This document shows positions 32,604-34,693 of a stretch of 34,693 bases of DNA, piece by piece. The notes below the pieces were generated by a model that was not told where the DNA came from, ran no database searches, and saw only the letters and a program-made list of their open reading frames with translations. This stretch comes from a virus (taxonomy: Duplodnaviria > Caudoviricetes): IMG/VR virus record IMGVR_UViG_3300044262_000043, positions 1 through 34,693 of that record, one strand, 5' to 3'. The position numbers and the translations under genes are program-made. The stretch's first letter is position 1; the number at the start of each line of letters is the position of its first letter.

Positions 32604-34496
32604 ATGACCCGCGATGAACTGCTGCGCGATCTGGATATCGCCACCCAGTCTGGTGATCTGGAACTGGCGCGCGCCATCGCGGCCAAGCTGGATGCGACCG
32701 ATGCCGGAAGTGCGGTGCCCAAAGCGGCCACATCGATCACGACTGCGCCGAAGCTCACGGATGCGCCGGGGAACGCGGCAGCGCGCAATCCGTTGACGCG
32801 CTTTGCGGTCGGGGCCGGTGAGGGACTTTTGGGCACCGCGCAACTGGTGAACAAGGTGGCGCTGCAGGGCACGCCCGACCTGCAGAAGATGACCACGCGC
32901 GGCCTTGACTGGGTGGGCGAGCAGGTGGCGCGCACCAAGGAAATGGGCCAGCCTGAAGGCGCCAACATCGCTGGCATTGCCGGCAACGTGCTGAGCCCGG
33001 TCGGGCTGAAGGCTGCATCGGTGATGCCCAAGGTGGTCGGACCGGGCGCCAAGATCGCGCAGAACACCATCTTCGGCACCACGCTGGGCGCTACCGCTCC
33101 GACCTATGGTGACGATCAGGACAAGCAGCGCGGCGTCAATGCGGCGGTCGGTGGGGTGGTTGGCGGCACTGTGTCGGCAGCCGGCTCGGTGCTGGGCTTC
33201 CTTGGCCGCCCGGTAGTCGAGTTTGTGCGCTACATCCTGCCCGGCAAGGGCGCGGAGCGGCTGGCAACGCGCTATGCCAACGAAATCATCGGCCCGGATA
33301 ACGTCGCCAAGATCGTGGCCGAAGTGGATTCCTTCCTGAAGGCTGGGCCGCCCAAGAACGTGCCGGGCTATGAGAAGACAACCGGCGAAGTAGTGGCGCA
33401 TATGCCCGAAGCCACGGGCGTGCAGGCGATCCAGCGCGCCACCGCGCAGCGCCCCGGCATCGCACCCAAGTTTGCGCTGCGCGAAGCGGAGCAGCAGGGC
33501 GCGGTCAAGAATGCGCTCGGCCAGATCGCGCAAACGCCAGCCGTGCTGAAGAAGGCTGTGGACGACGCGCAGGCCAATGCGGCGGTCAACTACGGCGCGG
33601 TGGCCGCCAAGAAGGTCAAGCTGGGCCGCGAAGTCGAAGACCTGATGGATACGCCGGCGATGCGGCAGGCGGTCGCGGATGCCAAGGTCATGACGTCCAA
33701 CCGCATGAAGGAACTGTGGCCAGAGGAAGGCCAGCCGTTGAGCGTGCAACAGTTGCACGACATCAAAGTGGCGCTCGACAAGCAGATTGCCAACGGCTCG
33801 GCGCCATCCGTCACCGGCCAGCCGGCACTCGACAAGACATCGCTCAAGATACTGGGCGACCTGCGCAGCCAATACCTGACGTGGCTGGAAAAGAAAGTGC
33901 CCGACTATGCAGCGGCACGTCAGCAGTTTGCCAAGGACATGGTGCCGGCCAACCAGATGCAGGTGGCACAGGCACTAGAGAAGCGGCTGACCGGGCCGAC
34001 AGATCAAATGACACCCGGTAGCTATTTGCGCGCCATTGACGAGGAAACCAAAACAGTCAAGAACGCGCTTGGTCAATCACGCAGCGACTTCGGCAAGGTA
34101 TTCGATCCGAAGCAGCGAGCGACGATTGATGAAATAGGGGGGTTACTCGAAAGCAAGGCACTGGCACGCACGCCACTGCAGCGCACGTCACTTGGCGGCG
34201 CGCTGGATGAGGGTGCGCGCATCGATCTGCCGCACATGCTTTCTACGCCCATAGTGTTTGCCAACTACGTGATCAAGACCCTCACGCGGGGCGCTGGTGG
34301 ACTGGAAGAGCGGGTCGCGCAAGTCAACGCGCTGCGCATGCTCAACCCCGAAGCCTTCGCCAATGCGATGCGGGTTATGCCGCCCAGTGAGGCGAGCAAG
34401 GTCATGCAAGCCCTCGCCAAGCAGGGTGTCACACCGTCGAAAACCGGCGCCATCGCGCCAACGGCCTATGGCCTATTCAACTTCAACAGTGAGTGA
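32604..34496 (+). CDS. DNA ejection/internal virion protein
   Basis: Helical, Gly/Ala segment, LHDIKVALD and PDYAAARQQFA patterns, third gene of the ejection block. Confidence 0.7.
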   Translation: MTRDELLRDLDIATQSGDLELARAIAAKLDATDAGSAVPKAATSITTAPKLTDAPGNAAARNPLTRFAVGAGEGLLGTAQLVNKVALQGTPDLQKMTTRGLDWVGEQVARTKEMGQPEGANIAGIAGNVLSPVGLKAASVMPKVVGPGAKIAQNTIFGTTLGATAPTYGDDQDKQRGVNAAVGGVVGGTVSAAGSVLGFLGRPVVEFVRYILPGKGAERLATRYANEIIGPDNVAKIVAEVDSFLKAGPPKNVPGYEKTTGEVVAHMPEATGVQAIQRATAQRPGIAPKFALREAEQQGAVKNALGQIAQTPAVLKKAVDDAQANAAVNYGAVAAKKVKLGREVEDLMDTPAMRQAVADAKVMTSNRMKELWPEEGQPLSVQQLHDIKVALDKQIANGSAPSVTGQPALDKTSLKILGDLRSQYLTWLEKKVPDYAAARQQFAKDMVPANQMQVAQALEKRLTGPTDQMTPGSYLRAIDEETKTVKNALGQSRSDFGKVFDPKQRATIDEIGGLLESKALARTPLQRTSLGGALDEGARIDLPHMLSTPIVFANYVIKTLTRGAGGLEERVAQVNALRMLNPEAFANAMRVMPPSEASKVMQALAKQGVTPSKTGAIAPTAYGLFNFNSE

Positions 34497-34533
34497 TACC
34501 CAATGAGCGCACGCGCCCGGATGGAGGGATGAA

Positions 34534-34693
34534 ATGCCTTGGCAGGATATTGCTATCGGGTTGATAGGGATCGGTCTCGTCACTTTCGGCTGGTTCCTGC
34601 GAACCATGTGGTACGCGCTTGAGACCTTGCGCGTCAACGTCCAGCACATGGAGCAAAGCCTACCCAGCATCTACGCACGCCGCGACGACGTGC
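34534..34693 (+). CDS. Membrane protein, possibly holin-like (runs off window)
   Basis: GGAGG RBS, MPWQDIAIGLIGIGLVTFGWFLRTMW...LPSIYARRDDV: one TM helix plus coiled coil, at the usual lysis position. Confidence 0.55.
   Translation, partial: MPWQDIAIGLIGIGLVTFGWFLRTMWYALETLRVNVQHMEQSLPSIYARRDDV

Larger units (their letters stand above)
1..34693. mobile_element. Tailed bacteriophage genome segment, P22-like head module with podovirus tail
   Basis: Ordered TerL-portal-scaffold-coat-adaptor-nozzle-ejection genes, many small ATGA-coupled ORFs, no host housekeeping genes. Confidence 0.97.

Noticed and set aside
10309-33872. Long minus-strand ORFs opposite structural genes (e.g. 10309..11217, 11886..13019, 14711..16192, 20770..22185, 22662..24083, 24412..25566, 32550..33872)
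   Set aside because: Antisense shadows of high-GC3 genes. No RBS or motifs, and they fully overlap well-supported plus-strand genes.
1-34693. CRISPR array, integrase/att site, diversity-generating retroelement, stop-codon recoding
   Set aside because: No spaced repeats, recombinase or reverse transcriptase seen. Core genes are intact in the standard code and end in TAG, TGA and TAA.

Overview
The whole window is a GC-rich, tailed bacteriophage segment with a P22-like head and podovirus tail, probably infecting Proteobacteria. No integrase, polymerase, tRNA or CRISPR is visible. Layout: (i) 1-7.3 kb, small early/middle genes in alternating orientation, including a winged-HTH protein, a replication-protein C-terminal-like domain, a DUF559/Vsr-like nuclease and a DUF932 protein; (ii) a putative TerS gene surrounded by regulatory-looking DNA, a structured-RNA candidate and an inverted Ig-fold gene pair; (iii) TerL, portal, an unusual 8.5 kb fibre/spike island between portal and scaffold, scaffold, P22-type coat, a glycosyltransferase + methyltransferase pair, adaptor, short fibre + adhesin, nozzle, needle, three ejection proteins and the start of a membrane (holin-like) gene. 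Most interesting: a shared ~20-aa docking-strand motif linking four island proteins (a possible template-built modular fibre), four SlmA-box-like 20-mers, four sigma-54-like boxes around TerS, covarying RNA hairpins, and near-total absence of CCWGG. All product calls come from motif recognition by eye, with no database searches.
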